Assembly: GCA_000388065.2 (NCBI GenBank)
Contig: KB932206.1
DNA length: 35,566 nt
Source of the DNA: Fonticula alba ATCC 38817
Lineage: Eukaryota > Protista > Nucleariida
Strand: one strand, 5' to 3'
Shown: piece by piece, positions 34,601 to 35,566 of the stretch
How the letters are laid out: each line of letters opens with the position of its first letter
How positions within the stretch are numbered: position 1 is the first letter of the stretch
Position numbers and translations under genes: made by a program
The notes under the pieces: model-generated
Database searches by the model: none
Told to the model about the DNA's origin: nothing
What the model saw: the letters and a program-made list of their open reading frames with translations, nothing else

Positions 34601-35566
34601 CGGCGGGTGTCAGCAGAAAGAAAAAAAAAGGACAAAGGGCCCGCGCGGGGGGGAGAGGGGGAAAAGGAAAGCAAGGCAGGGAAAAAGACCGGCGCGCACC
34701 GTGGATGGCACAATACTTGACGATCAGGATGAAAAGCATGAGCAGCGCCACGGCCAGGCCGATCTTGCCGATGGTCTCGGACAGATCGGCCAGCTTGTCC
34801 TGCAGGGGGGTATTCTCATTGCCGGTGGACATGGCTGCCAGGGTGCTACCATACATGGAGTGCTCGCCGACACAGGTGACCACCATGGAACCGACACCCT
34901 GCAGGACCTTCGACCCGGACAGGAGGAAAGGCCCGGACCCCTTGGAGCTGGAGACCGGGGCGTCATCCTTGTCGCTGCCAGGCTGCCGGCCATGGCACAC
35001 GATCTTCTTGATGGCGTCCGACTCGCCGGTCAGGCTGGACTCATCGCACTGAATGTCATGGCCCTCAAGCAGGACACCATCGGCGCAAAGGACATCACCG
35101 GTGTCGATGATCAGGATGTCACCGACAACCACCTCGTACACCGAGATGGACAGACGCTCGCCGGACCGGATGACCGTCACATTGCGGTCCTCGCGCTTGG
35201 CATTCAGCTTGCGGAACTGGCGCTCCTTCTGGTAGTCGTTACCGGCACTGACCAGCACCACGGCCACCACGGCCACCATGATGGCCACACCCTCGACCCA
35301 GGACCCGAGCTCGTACTCGTTGTCCTGGCTGCCGGAGGACCCGCCAGACCGGTCGCGCGTCACCTCCTCGTAGATACCAATGGCCACGGACACCAGGGAC
35401 GCGCAAATCAGCATGATCAGCGTCGGGTCCTGCAGCGCCTCCCAGACCAGCTCCAGGAAGGTCACCGACGGGGGCTTGGGAATGGTGTTCGTGCCGTAGA
35501 CCGTCTGCCGGGCGTGGACGTCCTCATTGGGGACACCCCGCGTCGGGTCCACCTTCAGCAGCTTGG
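31612..35566 (-). CDS. PMC1: P-type IIB Ca2+-transporting ATPase (PMCA/Pmc1/ATP2B family), 5' end outside window. Exons >35566-34700, 34458-34190, (start in gap 33701-34088)-33125, 32912-31612
   Basis: Motifs [31 protein letters not shown]-type [13 protein letters not shown], phosphorylation site CSDKTGTLT (Asp codon 34234-34232), [79 protein letters not shown]. Intron phases consistent where visible. Confidence 0.96.
33701..34088. other. Assembly gap (N) in the Ca2+-ATPase gene, hiding a 3' splice site and probably a few codons
   Basis: N run; coding sequence resumes at 33700 with no visible AG acceptor. Confidence 1.

Overview
GC-rich, intron-containing eukaryotic genomic scaffold with four N gaps. 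The style (GTGCGT splice donors, ~110-330 nt introns full of poly-C and microsatellites, low-complexity-rich proteins) suggests a unicellular opisthokont such as Fonticula; this is inference only. I reconstructed five spliced protein-coding genes by hand, and each complete model keeps frame from ATG to stop. (1) + 530-19478: giant HUWE1/Tom1-type HECT E3 ubiquitin ligase, 8 exons, ~5,852 aa, including one 11.3-kb exon. (2) - 22208-19825: PLRG1/Prp46 WD40 splicing factor, 6 exons, 494 aa. (3) + 22893-24245: 245-aa protein with a Pro-rich N-terminus and a helical C-half resembling the N-terminal part of Mediator MED27/Med3 (tentative). (4) + 27168-30483: 946-aa parallel beta-helix (pectate-lyase-3-like) protein that looks bacterial in origin but carries two spliceosomal introns; best novelty candidate. 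(5) - >35566-31612: 5'-truncated P2B (PMCA/Pmc1) Ca2+-ATPase with an animal-like C-terminal calmodulin-binding segment. I found no rRNA, tRNA, CRISPR array or mobile element. Most ORFs in the supplied track are shadow frames caused by high GC.
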